Position numbers and translations under genes: made by a program
Assembly: GCA_002269645.1 (NCBI GenBank)
Contig: NIVC01002808.1
Location: forward strand, 13,295 to 77,294
Origin: Macrostomum lignano
Taxonomy: Eukaryota
Direction of reading: 5' to 3'
Length of the DNA stretch: 64,000 nucleotides
Notes under the pieces: model-generated
The model's database searches: none
Seen by the model: the letters and a program-made list of their open reading frames with translations, nothing else
What the model was told of the DNA's origin: nothing
Part shown: in pieces, positions 51,114 to 63,149 of the stretch
How positions within the stretch are numbered: the first letter of the stretch is position 1
Layout of the letters: each line of letters opens with the position of its first letter

Positions 51114-53798
51114 ATGCGGCCGTGGGTACTAATCCTGCCATTACTGCTTCAACTCGCCCGCGTCAGGGCCCAGTGCAACCCGGCCAGCTCCGTGCCCGAC
51201 CCTCGAGTTGGCGTCGTTGACTACCCGGGCACGGCTGGCGACAGCTGCTACTTTCCCTTCACCTACGGCGGCAGGGTGTTCCACGAGTGCGACGGGCCTT
51301 ACTGTGACGGCTCCTTCTGCGGCTACTGGTGCGCCACCAGCTGCAACTACCCCACCGACTACTCGGCCTGGCGCTTCTGCCGCTTTATGGTGGCCGACCT
51401 GGCCAAGCCGAACTGCGCCGCTCTGGCCAACATGAGCTCCTCGACCGAGATTGAAGTCTACGGCGGCAGCGGCTCTGGCACAGCCTGCTACTTTCCGTTC
51501 ATGCACGACAATGTCTGCTACGATGACTGCATTGATACTGACGGCAGCGGCCAGTTTTGGTGCTCAACCACGGATGTCATGTACCACGTAGCTACCAACA
51601 AGCGCTTCTGTCGTGCCACCAGGAAGGGCCTGAGGGATTCTAGCTGTTCCAGACTTAACGCTACCGCCCCCGTGTACCTTCCACAGCAGATTGGCAACTA
51701 CTCAATAGCTCTGGTGCAAACGGATCCTACAGGTAACTGCACCTTCCCTTTCTACTACAAAGAGAAATGCTACGATGACTGCACGACGGTGGATGCTCAA
51801 GCTTGGGACCTGCCCTGGTGCTTAACCGAGAAATACTACCAGCCCAACAAGCGAACGAGGGTCTGCCCGCACTATCGCAAGTATAAGGAGGTCACCGGCC
51901 TCGCACTTGACTGGGGATTCTTCTACATCCGAGAGCACACCAGCTGCAGCTCCGGTGGCGCCGCTTGCAACTCGTCCTGGTCTCCCGCAGGTTCCGCTGT
52001 GCCAACCACATCAGCTGGATCAAAACGGATGGCGCTGCAGTCGTCAGCTGAGCCAATTGAGGTCATGCCTCAGCCAAATGGCCTCTTCATCTTAAAGTTG
52101 CCATTGAGTTGCACCGACTCCAACTGGAGAAGCTTAAGCATCGATGGCAGCGAGGTCGGCCTGGAGCCGATTTCGAACGAGCGCGAGTTCTGGGACCTCC
52201 GTCCCACTGGCACGCCAGGTGCGTTCACAGTGCAGTCGATGCGAAACAGCACGCGCGGAATGTATCTGTCTCACAGCTCGCTGAGCGGTACTCCGGTTTT
52301 AAGCCTGTCGGCTACCAGCGCCACCCAGTGGCGATTCGAAGCGCTTTCAGGACTGTCTAAGGCCACGCTGGGTCTGCCGTGCGAGAATCCGACCCGGCTG
52401 AACGGATCTTGGTGTGCCTGGAGTGAGTACTTTGTGTCCGGGAGCGTTTCGACCAGAAATCGAACGTGCGCCTGCCCGCCAGCAATTCGCGGCCTGCCAT
52501 GCGATGGGAACAGTACGGAGGTTGCCTCTGTGGTCAACGGCAGCTGGTGCGGTTGGTCCGCTTGGACCGAGATCAGCGATGGCTACAACACGAGATCTCG
52601 ATTGTGCAACTGTAGCGCGCCGAAAAATGGCGGTGCAGACTGTCCAGGCGCGGGCAACGAGACTGGCCTGCGAGTGAACGGGTCGTGGTGCGATTGGTCC
52701 GCGTTCACTGTCGACCCTGACGGCTGGGGATTTAGGAGTCGTTACTGCAACTGCAGCGCGCCGCAGTACGGAGGTTTGGACTGCGTCGGACCAAGCAACG
52801 ATACAGGAGTGGCTGTTAACGGCAGCTGGTGTGCCTGGTCTTCATTCTCTCCCGCAGATAGCTCTGGACTGAGCTCCCGAACCCGAGTTTGTAACTGCAG
52901 CGCTTCGCAGTACGGAGGCTCAGAGTGCGTTGGAGCCAGTAACGAGACCGGGCCTCAAGTAAACGGGTCCTGGTGCAACTGGTCGCCATTCAATGTTACA
53001 CACGGTCAAGGAACTCGAAGAAGATCTTGCAACTGCAGAGCGCCACAGTTCGGAGGTGCTGCTTGTCCAGGAAGCAGTATCGAGACAGGCCCCGCAGTCA
53101 ATGGCACTTGGTGCAGCTGGTCGCCTTTCACTGTGAGTGGCTCTCTAGGCGTCAGAACGCGAGCCTGCAACTGCAGTGCGCCGCAGTTTGGCGGCTCGAA
53201 TTGCTCCGGACTAGGCAGAGAAGAGGGACCGGCCGTGAACGGCACCTGGTGTGCATGGTCGGCCTATTCAAGTAACGGAACTCATGAAACTCGACGACGA
53301 GTCTGCAACTGCAGCGCGCCGCAGTTCGGCGGATCTGACTGTCCGGGCAGAGGCGTCGAGGCGAGCAGCATCGTTTCCGGCGGCTGGTGCAGCTGGTCAG
53401 CCTGGTCTGTCTCTGGCACCGGCCGGAGCAGCAGAAATCGATCATGCGCCTGTCCCTCAGCCAGTAGGCTGGGCGCCGGATGCAGCGGGCCGGACACTGA
53501 AACTGAAAGCGGCGGTGGCGGCGGCAGCAGCGGACGGGCGCATCCAGCCGAGCCGGGCGAGCCAGGCGCGGCCTTTAACAGCCTGGACTCATACTCCCGC
53601 CTCGTGGCCTGGTCAGCGGTCATCTGCCTGGCCATGCTGACCAGCACACTGACCGGCCTGGGCCTCATGCTCAACCGGATTGTCCAGTCCAGACGCTCTG
53701 TTGGCTCCAGCACCGAGGCGTCCCAGCAGATCAGACCGAAACGGCCGACACCACCGATATTCTCTGACTACGGATCTCACAGTGCCTACCCGGGATGA
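51114..53798 (+). CDS. Intronless type I membrane protein (894 aa): signal peptide, 3 fibronectin type II domains, putative beta-trefoil, 8 TSP1-like repeats, TM helix, short tail
   Basis: Uninterrupted 2685-bp ORF with hydrophobic MRPWVLILPLLLQLARVRA. Three C-x-FPF-x-Y...C...WC.T...C modules (51246-51866). Eight NG(S/T)WCxWS...RxRxCxC...C units (52401-53510). TM LVAWSAVICLAMLTSTLTGLGLML (~53601-53675). Confidence 0.9.
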   Translation: MRPWVLILPLLLQLARVRAQCNPASSVPDPRVGVVDYPGTAGDSCYFPFTYGGRVFHECDGPYCDGSFCGYWCATSCNYPTDYSAWRFCRFMVADLAKPNCAALANMSSSTEIEVYGGSGSGTACYFPFMHDNVCYDDCIDTDGSGQFWCSTTDVMYHVATNKRFCRATRKGLRDSSCSRLNATAPVYLPQQIGNYSIALVQTDPTGNCTFPFYYKEKCYDDCTTVDAQAWDLPWCLTEKYYQPNKRTRVCPHYRKYKEVTGLALDWGFFYIREHTSCSSGGAACNSSWSPAGSAVPTTSAGSKRMALQSSAEPIEVMPQPNGLFILKLPLSCTDSNWRSLSIDGSEVGLEPISNEREFWDLRPTGTPGAFTVQSMRNSTRGMYLSHSSLSGTPVLSLSATSATQWRFEALSGLSKATLGLPCENPTRLNGSWCAWSEYFVSGSVSTRNRTCACPPAIRGLPCDGNSTEVASVVNGSWCGWSAWTEISDGYNTRSRLCNCSAPKNGGADCPGAGNETGLRVNGSWCDWSAFTVDPDGWGFRSRYCNCSAPQYGGLDCVGPSNDTGVAVNGSWCAWSSFSPADSSGLSSRTRVCNCSASQYGGSECVGASNETGPQVNGSWCNWSPFNVTHGQGTRRRSCNCRAPQFGGAACPGSSIETGPAVNGTWCSWSPFTVSGSLGVRTRACNCSAPQFGGSNCSGLGREEGPAVNGTWCAWSAYSSNGTHETRRRVCNCSAPQFGGSDCPGRGVEASSIVSGGWCSWSAWSVSGTGRSSRNRSCACPSASRLGAGCSGPDTETESGGGGGSSGRAHPAEPGEPGAAFNSLDSYSRLVAWSAVICLAMLTSTLTGLGLMLNRIVQSRRSVGSSTEASQQIRPKRPTPPIFSDYGSHSAYPG

Positions 53799-54224
53799 CC
53801 TTTCCGGGACTAGCTTAGTCTAGCTATACTCGTAGATACTTTGGCCTCAGTTGAGCAAGCTGCGATCGTGCTCACTCCTGCAATTCATCTTTCATTGACA
53901 CTTCGCACTCTCCCTAAATATACATAAGATTTATAACCTGACAGCATCGAGCTGCCTAATTTATTCTTTGCCATATTACTGAAACACTCAAATTTAGTAT
54001 ATTAGACTAGCCATCTAGTGCCCCCCTTCCGAGGCGCTCAATAAGCAAGGAGCAAAAATTATTCATGCAAATCCATTAAAAAAGCACATTTTCTTAAGAG
54101 CTTATTCCTTCTTCAGTTTTATAAATCACCTTATTTGAGTAAAATTGTCATGAAAAAAGATGCTTACCATGAATATCTTGCTTCTAAAAGTAACAAAGGG
54201 ACGCAACAAAATAAAGCCCTCAAG

Positions 54225-54545
54225 AAGATAGCAGGCATACCCCCTAAATCGAAAGCATCCCCAGAAAGCAAGCATCCACCCCCCCAGATAGCAAGCATCC
54301 CCTGATTGCAGGCATCCCCAGAAAGCAAGCATCCCCCAGACAGCAAGTAGCTAGTGCAACAATTTCCTCAGCTATTGCAATAATCGCTTTCTAAGCTATT
54401 GTAATAACCCCTTTGTAAGCTAGTGCAATAACCCTTTTTTATTTAGTGCAATAAACCTTTACTCGTCAAGTACAATAATCCTTTTCTCATGGTGCAATAA
54501 TCGATGTCTCTGCTAGTACAATAGTCACCTTCTCAGCTAGTGCTG
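54225..54545. repeat. Short degenerate repeats (AAGCATCCCC-type, then TAGTGCAATAA-type) between convergent 3' ends
   Basis: Direct reading. Confidence 0.7.
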
Positions 54546-54990
54546 AGCAACAAAATGAACTGAGGCAAACTTTTTCAGCTCTTTATTATTGCGTAAAAAC
54601 AGGTCTTAAAAAATAACATTGTCATCAGATCTTGAGTTTAAAAAATACCTTGGTAGAGCAATTGAAAGTTTGGTGTATTCCAAAATGCCGAATTTAGTAT
54701 TGGAAATGTCATCTAGAGAACTGGCATATTGAAGAATCTCATAATTACTCTGCAACAAAACTATTTTGAATAGATTAAAAACAAATAATATTTCATGCAA
54801 AAATCTTTTCTGTTAAAAAAAATACGCAAATTACTTGCAAGTTACTAATAGTAGTGCGAACTGAAAAGCGTAGAATAGTAGCGTAAAATTTGCACTGTTC
54901 CAGTTTGAACGGCGCGGCCTGGCGCTGACAGATAAATGGCGCCAAAAGGGCAGACAGAAGACAGTTCGACTGCCCTCAACAACCACTCTA

Positions 54991-57900
54991 TCAGGGAGCC
55001 GGCTTGGCTGACTGCTGCCGCCGCCGCCTCTCCAACCGCTGCTGCACCAGGTCATCCGCCAGCAGCAGCAGCCCCGCGAATCCGATCAGAGCCGACAGGA
55101 AGATGATGGAGGCGTTCCAGGAGCCGGTCCGGTCGAACAAATCGCCTGGAGAGGAATTTCAAGTATCAATTCGAGGGTTCGCGGCGATAAAAGCGTTCGG
55201 CACTGGTTAGTGAGGCTGGCTTTGGCGCTCTGGGCCAGCCTGAATGGAATTAAATACTTCTAGTGCGAGCTGAGGGTCTGCTTGCCAGTCTGCTTGTACT
55301 GAATATTCTGCTGTGTGTACCCCAATAACCTCACAATGCCTCTCTAGTCCATAGTACTCCAATCCAAATTCACGTATCTTCATTGCTTCCCCAATTTCCA
55401 TCTATCCCATCCCATCCTATCTCATCCTATTCAATCCCATCCCATCCCATCCCAACCTATCCCATCTCATCCCATGTCATCCCCATCCCATTCCATCTCA
55501 CCCCATCCCATCCCATCCCATCCTATCCTATCCCATCCCATCCCATCCCATCCCATCCCATCCCATCCTATCCTATCCCATCCCATCCCATCCCATCCCA
55601 TCCCATCCCATCCAACTCCATCCTATCATATCCTCTCATATCCCATCCGATCCCCATCCCCAGCAGCAGTAACGCACCCAGCAGCACGGGCACGATCAGC
55701 ATGATTATGCTCTCGATGATGCCCAGCATCCCGTAGGTCAAGCCCAGGTTCTCAATCCCGAACGTCTCCACCAGCATTGGCGCCAGGTTGGGAACCAGGC
55801 CGCCAGCCAGTAGGCCCTCCAGCAGAGCGTAGGCCAGGGCAGCGGCCGGTGTCGGGTGCAACAGGAGGCACCAGAGCGCACCCTGGGCGATCGTGAGGGT
55901 CAGCAGCAGCAGCTGCCGCCTGAACAGCTGCCTGTCAGCCAGGAAGCCGATGCTAATCCGAGTGACGAGGTCTGTGATGCCCTGGTACTGCAGCAGCCGG
56001 GTGTACTCAGTGGCCGTCATGCCGATGTTCTTGCCGTGCTGCGGCAGCACCATGAAGTTGAACGGCATCGCCTGCGCGGCCAGCGACAGGCTGAACAGCA
56101 GCACCCAGAAGCGGGGCCGGCGCATCAGGCGGCCGCTCTCTTTGAAGCTCCGGCGGAGTCGGGTGACGAAGTTTCCCTGAAAGACGTCTTCCGGGGTATT
56201 CGCTGGGCCGCCGCCGGAGTCAAACAAGACGCTGACGTCTCCACAGGACGCCAGGAAGATCGCCGGGGCGTGCGGGGCCGGGGCGCCGCGGGACGCATCT
56301 TCCGCTGCCTCTGCGGACGTGGCGTTCGTCGAGGTAGCTCGACGTCGACAGCTGCGCCCGGCTGCGGACTTGGCCGAGCCGGACACAAAAAGAATGTTAT
56401 CGGCGCTGGTGCAGTAGTGGTGCGGGTCACCGTTGGTTTGTTGCTTGGCTTTGCTCTTGGAGGTGCAGCTTGCACAAGCCTCTGGCTGGCTCTTGCTATC
56501 GTTGTCCATTTCACTTTCTACATCCTTTTCCGTGCTCTGCTTTTTAGTCTTCATTGCGTTTTCTTCCACCACCTCTTCAGCATTCTTCTCCGCATTCTTC
56601 TCTGCATTCTTCTCCGCATTCTTCTCCGCATTCTTCTCTGCATTCTTCTCTGCACTCTTCTCCGCATTCTTCTCCGCATTCTTCTTCGCATTCTTCTTCG
56701 CATTCTTATTCGCATTCTTCTCCGCATTCTTCTCTGCACTCTTCTCCGCATTCTTCTCTGCACTCTTCTCCGCATTCTTCTCTGCACTCTTCTCCGCATT
56801 CTTCTCCGCATTCTCAGCCTCTTCGCCGATCAGCGCCTCCGCCTCAGGGGCAGCTCCCTGGTCGCTGGCGGGCACAAACGGGCGCATGACAGCGGCAGCC
56901 ACGGCCACGTTGAGCATGATTGCGCCCCAGATCAGCATGCAGCCGCGGAAGGTGTACTGCTCAATTAGATAGTTCATCAACGGCGGCATGCACAGAGCGC
57001 CCATGGAGCAGCCGGAGAACGTGATGCCCATAGCGACCGTCCGGCGCTGCAGAAAGTAGTAGCTGATGATCAGCACAGTCGGCGGGTGCGTCATGGACAG
57101 CCCGATGCCCACCAGCAGCCCGATGGTGAAGTACAGCACCTCCAGCGATTCGGCAAAGTAGGACAGGGAGAAACCTAAGCCGAGGAAGCAGCTGCCGATG
57201 GACACGACCAGACGGACTGAGAAGCGCCTGGCCAGGGCCATTGTGACTGGCGCTGGCGGGTTCGTGGAGGAAGACGGATTAGTGGAGAATCATAGGGTTA
57301 AACTGGAGCTCATCTGCTCATCTTCTGACTTACTAAGAATGAGAAACACCAGAAACATGAAGCTCAAAATCCATGAGGTGTCCCGCTTGCTCCTGTTGTA
57401 GTGCTCCGACACGCTGGCCAGCAGCAGGCCGGTGCTTCGGACATTGCCGATCACCAGGATGTGCAGGAATGACCCAGCTGAAATGTGCATTCGGTCACCT
57501 GCTCGCTTAACTGGCAGTCTGACACTCACTGACTGACAGGCTGGCACAACCTGACACTCACTGACTGACAAGTTGGCACAACCTGACACTCACTGACTGA
57601 CAGGCTGGCACAACCTGACACTCACTGACTGACAAGTTGGCACAACCTGACACTCACTGACTGACAAGCTGGCACAACCTGACACTCACTGGCTGACAAG
57701 CTGACACAACTTGACACTCTCTGACTGACAAGCTGGCACAACCTGACACTCACTGACTGACAAGCTGGCACAACCTGACACTCACTGACTGACAAGCTGA
57801 CACAACCTGACACTCACTGACTGACAAGCTGGCACAACCTGACACTCACTGACTGACAAGCTGGCACAACCTGACACTCACTGGCTGACAAGCTGACACA

Positions 57901-58492
57901 ACTTGACACTCTCTGACTGACAAGCTGGCACAACCTGACACTCACTGACTGACAAGCTGGTACAACCTGACACTCACTGGCTGACAAGCTGGCACAACTT
58001 GACACTCACTGACTGACAAGCTAACACAGCCTGACACTCACAAGATGACACAGCCTGACACTCACAAGCTGACACAGCCTGACACTCACAAGCTGACACA
58101 ACCTGACACTCACAGGCTGACACAGCCTGACACCCACAGGCTGACACAGCCTGACACTCACAAGCTGACACAGCCTGACACTCACAAGCTGACACAACCT
58201 GACACTCACAGGCTGACACAGCCTGACACCCACAGGCTGACACAGCCTGACACTCACAAGCTGACACAGCCTGACACTCACAAGCTGACACAACCTGACA
58301 CTCACAGGCTGACACAGCCTGACACCCACAGGCTGACACAACCTGACACTCACAGGCTGACACAGCCTGACACTCACAGGCTGACACAGCCTGACACTAT
58401 GACAATTCAGCACAACCACAGCACTCACCGCCGCAGATGACCCAGGCCCAGCCCCTGTCAACAGGCGATGCAGCTGGCTTGGCAAGTGCCAT
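54991..58492 (-). CDS. SLC16A: Monocarboxylate transporter (SLC16/MCT family, MFS), 4 exons, ~645 aa
   Basis: Exons 58429-58492 (MALAKPAASPVDRGWAWVICG), 57334-57477, 55678-57252, 54991-55145 (GDLFDRTGSW); all introns GT-AG phase 1. MCT motifs: D-x-GWAW, YFLQRRTVAMGITFSG, RISIGFLAD. Family member not assignable. Confidence 0.92.
55405..55660. repeat. (CCCAT)n repeat in MCT intron 3
   Basis: Direct reading. Confidence 0.93.
56580..56815 (-). repeat. Coding 12-bp repeat encoding (N/S)AEK tetrapeptides in the MCT central loop
   Basis: In-frame within exon 3. Confidence 0.9.
57518..58398. repeat. Compound minisatellite (32-bp CTGACACTCACTGACTGACAAGCTGGCACAAC, then 24-bp CTGACACAGCCTGACACTCACAAG) filling MCT intron 1
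   Basis: Direct reading. Confidence 0.95.
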
Positions 58493-59384
58493 CAAAGATG
58501 GCCTCCAAAACAGAAAAAAACCTAATGAAGATTCTACTGCAATGGAAAACTCGTATTTCGGCGAAGTCTTTCGGAAAGTAGTTTAAAACCTGGCAGTTCT
58601 GCGTTTTGTCACCACCGACTGACCCGGCTCGAGTTCACAATGATCAAAATCGGCGATAACAGAATGAAATAAATGAAATTATAAACAGACAAAAGAAGCG
58701 CTACTGAAAAAGCGAGATGGCATCTTATAAAAAGCAAGATTGGCCAGTTTTTTCTCCATCCGAAGCTCCATTGGCTGCAGTGCGCTGACCTGATGCCATT
58801 CCCTTACCCCGAGCAGCGCTGTACGCGGAGCCATGGACGCCATAAGGTAGACATCTGGACACAGGTCTAGCCCAATGGAATTTCCCCAATCGATTGAAAC
58901 GCAAAAACACAAACTGCCTTCCATTCCAGACTCTCTCTCTCTCTCTCTGTCTAGGAGTCCCTGGCAGAGCGCTGATGCTGCGGCATCTGCCCCTCACCCG
59001 TCCGCCCAAGTGCACACTGCTAGGGGTACACTGAGACGTACAGGGAGGGAGCAAGGACTCAAGAGCTACGCACTGCCCTGTCCTGTGACATCCATCTGTA
59101 CTCGCCTGTACCGCGGCTACATGAGTACACTTTCCTCAGCGCCTCTCATTGCCTCTCATTGAAACCCTAAGATCTGGAATGGAACCCGGCTATTTTTAGG
59201 AATAAAACCGACTAAGAACTGGGCCATGCTTTTATTGGCATCAGGATCGTAGTTTGTCTGCGTCCCTGGGTGTATTAAGGGCCCGCGTTCACGCCAACAG
59301 GCAGTTAGAGTTGTCAATCAAGAAACAACACTGATTTCAAGCTGTGGTTTCATCAGGATTGCCTATAGCACTAATGCGTAATGA

Positions 59385-60310
59385 GCTGGGATCTGTAACC
59401 TGGGATCTCGGATCTGTGTTCCAGGATCTGGGATCTGAGATCTAGCATATGGAATTTATGACCTATGCTCTGGGATGTAGAATCTGGGATTTGGGATTCG
59501 AGATCTAGGATTTTGGATTCGGGATCTAAGATGTGGAATATTGGATCAATGTTTTGGGATCTTGGGCGTGGGATTAGGATCTGATTTAGGCTGCCTGTTT
59601 TCTGGAGTCTTCATCCGGGATATGAAATCTGGGATCTGGGATCTGGGATCTGGGATCTGGGATCTGGGATCTGGGATCTGGGATCTGGGATCTGGGATCT
59701 GGGATCTGGGATTTGGGATCTGGGATTTGGCATCTGGGGTTTGGGATTTGGGATTAAGGATCTTGGATATGCGATTCATTATCTGAAATCTGGGATTCAG
59801 AAGTTAAAATCTCGCATCTGTGATTTTGGATTTAGGATTTGGAACCTGAGATGTGGAATAATGGATCAATGTAATATTTTGGGATCTTTGGCGTGGGATT
59901 TCGGATTTCGGATCTGATTTGGCTGTCTGTTTTCTGGAATATTCATCCGAGATCTGTGATCTTGGATTTGGATTTGAGATATGGGATTTGTAATCTGAAA
60001 TCACGGATTTAAAAGTTGAGATCTCGGATCAGTGATTTGGAATTCGGGATTTGGGATCTCGAATCTGGGATGTGGAATATTAGAACCCATGTTCCGTGAT
60101 CTTCGAGGCGGGATTTGGGATCTATGATCTGTTTTAGGCCGTCCGTTTTCTAGAAACTTTTATCTGGGATTTAGGATCTGGGATCTTGGGATCTCTCTGG
60201 AATCTGCATTCTAAAATATGGCTCTAGAATCTGTCTTCGAGGATAAAGAATTTGTGGGATTTGGGATCTGAGGAATATAATCTTAGAACCTTGGGACCTG
60301 GAATTTAGAG
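59385..60310. repeat. Degenerate (GGGATCT)n heptamer region with an internal ~300-bp duplication
   Basis: Pure core at 59627-59710; 59520-59620 resembles 59840-59950. Confidence 0.85.
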
Positions 60311-60474
60311 CCAGGAATTTTGAGCAACGAGTATGTAGAAAGAAAAATTCAAAGACTACTACTTAACAGAATAAGTACTATATGTAGCGCTTTTATCGCA
60401 TTTTACTCGTATAGTGGCTCCCTTAAAATTGGCATGACGCTTACTTTTACGTTTGAAATTGTGTATCTTTTATG

Positions 60475-62745
60475 TTTGACATGGTGGCTCTTTTATGTTC
60501 TACATGGTGGCTCTTTAATGTTCTACATGGTGGCTCTTTGATGTTTGATTCGGAGTTTTTTAATGTCTGACATGGTGTCACTTTAATGTTTGACATTGTG
60601 GCTCTTTTATGTTTGACATGGTGGCTCTTAGTGTTTGACATGGTGGCTCTATAATGTTAGACATGGTGGCTCCATAATGTTAGACATGGTGGCTCTTTAA
60701 TGTTCGACATGGTGGCTCTTTAATGTTAGACATGTTGGCTATTAAATTTTTGACATGGTGGCTCTTTAATGTTCGACATAGTGGTCCTTTTATGCTTGAA
60801 ATGGTGGCTCTTTAATATTTGACATGGTGGCTCTTTTATGTTTGGCATGATGGCTCTTTGATGTTTGATATAGAGTCACGAATATACTTGACATGGTGAC
60901 TCGTTAATGTTAGACATGGTGGCTCTTTAATGTTTGACATGGTGGCTCTTTAATGTTCGACATGGTATATCTATAATGTTAGACATGGTGGCTTTTTAAT
61001 GTTCGACATGGTGCCTCTTTAATATTTGACATGGTGGTCCTTTTATGTTCTACACGGTGGCTCTTTATGTTTGACATGATGGCTCTTTAATGTTTTACAT
61101 GGAGTCACATATATGTTGGACATGGTGGCTCTTTAATGTTCGACATGGTGGATCTATAATGTTTGACATGGTGGCTTTTTAATGTTCGACATGGTGGCTC
61201 TTTAATGTTAGACATGGTGGCTCTTTAATGTTTGACATGGTGGCTCTTTTAATTTTTGACATGGTGCTCTTTTATGTTTGACATGATGGCTCTTTTATGT
61301 TTGACATGATGGCTCTTTTATGTTAGACATGGACTCTTTTATGTTAGACATGGTGTCATGACATGGTACTTTACATGGTGACTCTTATGTTAGACATGGT
61401 GGCTCTTTAATGTTTGACATGGTGGCTCTTTAATGTTAGACATGGTGGCTCTTTAATGTTTGACATGGTGGCTCTTTAATATTTGACATGGTGGCTCTTT
61501 AATGTTTGACATGGTGGCTCTTTAATGTTAGACATGGTGCTCTTTAATGTTTGACATGGTGGCTCTTTAATGTTAGACATGGTGGCTCTTTAATGTTCGA
61601 CATGGTGGCTCTTTAATGTTAGACATGGTGGTTCTTTAATGTTCGACATGGTGGCTCTTTAATGTTAGACATGGTGGTTCTTTAATGTTCGACATGGTGG
61701 CTCTTAATGTTAGACATGGTGGTTCTTTAATGTTCGACATGGTGGCTCTTATGTTGACATGGTGGCTCTTTATGTTTGACATGGTGGCTCTATATGTTGA
61801 CATGGTGGCTCTTTACTGTTTTGACATGGTGGCTCTTTTATGTTTGACATGGTGGCTCTTTAATGTTTGACATGGTGGCTCTTTTATGTTTGACATGGTG
61901 GCTCTTTTATGTTTGACATGGTGGCTCTTTAATGTTCGACATGGTGGCTCTTTAGTGTTTGACATGGTGGCTCTTTAAGGTTTAACATGGATTCACGAAT
62001 ATACTTGACATGGTGACTCGTTAATGTTAGACATGGTGGCACCCTAGTGTAATGAATGCTCTTTAATGTTTGAAATGGTGGCTCTATATTGTTCGACATG
62101 GTGGTTCTTTATGTTCGACATGGTGGCTCTTTTATGCTTGACATGGTGGCTCTTTACTTTTTGACATGGAGTCACATATATGTTTGACATGGTGGCTTTT
62201 TAATGTCAGACATGGTGGCTCTTTAATGTTCGACATGGTGGTACTTTTATGCTTGACATGGTGGCTCTATAATGTTCGACATGGTGGTTCTTTTATGTTC
62301 GACATGGTGGCTCTTTTATGCTTGACATGGTCGCTCTTTACTTTTTGACATGGAGTCACATATATGTTTGACATGGTGGCTCTTTTATGTTGGACATGGT
62401 GGCTCTTTTATGTTGGACATGGTGGCTCTTTAGTGTTTGACATGGTGGCTCTTTTATGTTTGACATGGATTCACGAATATACTTGACATGGTGACTCGAT
62501 AATGTTAGACATGGTGGCTCTTTAATGTTTGACCTGGTGGCACCCTAGTGTAATGATGGCTCTTTAATGTTTGAAATGGTGGCTCTTTAATATTTGACAT
62601 GGTGGCTCTTTAATGTTCGACATGGTGGCTCTATAATGTTAGACATGGTGGCTCTTTAATGTTCGACATGGTGGCTCTTTAATGTTAGACATGGTGGCTC
62701 TTTAATGTTAGACATGGTGGATCTTTTATGTTTGACATGATGGCT
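60475..62745. repeat. ~23-bp satellite GACATGGTGGCTCTTTAATGTT(A/T/C), ~95 units
   Basis: Direct reading. Confidence 0.97.
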
Positions 62746-63149
62746 CTTTAATGTTTTACATTGTGCTTTTTGTTTTTAGCATTTAAAATGTTTTTATTTA
62801 GGGTTTTTTTAATAAAAAAATCTTTTTGCACTACTAAGCTTTGAACCCAGGTCGCTACATAAGCAGTCCAATCTGTTTGCATCGAGGCTTTCTCTTTTCA
62901 ATTGGCGAACATGATTTGTGGCCCTTATAATTCAATGCTTACAGCAAGTTGGTTAGAGTAAAAAGTTATGACATAATCAATTTCTTAGTCAGCCAGTATC
63001 AGTGTCAATTTAAGTTAGCAATATTGTTACGCAATTTCAATCAAGTTGTGTGTGCATTTCTTTGGCACTGTTTTCAACTTGTTGTGATGCAATCTTTATC
63101 AGAATTGAAATTCAGTCAGTCAGTTTTTTCTCTAGCATTCTTACAATGC

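Noticed and set aside
62830-62880. tRNA/B-box-like GGTTCAAA on the minus strand
   Set aside because: No cloverleaf or A-box; at most a SINE remnant.
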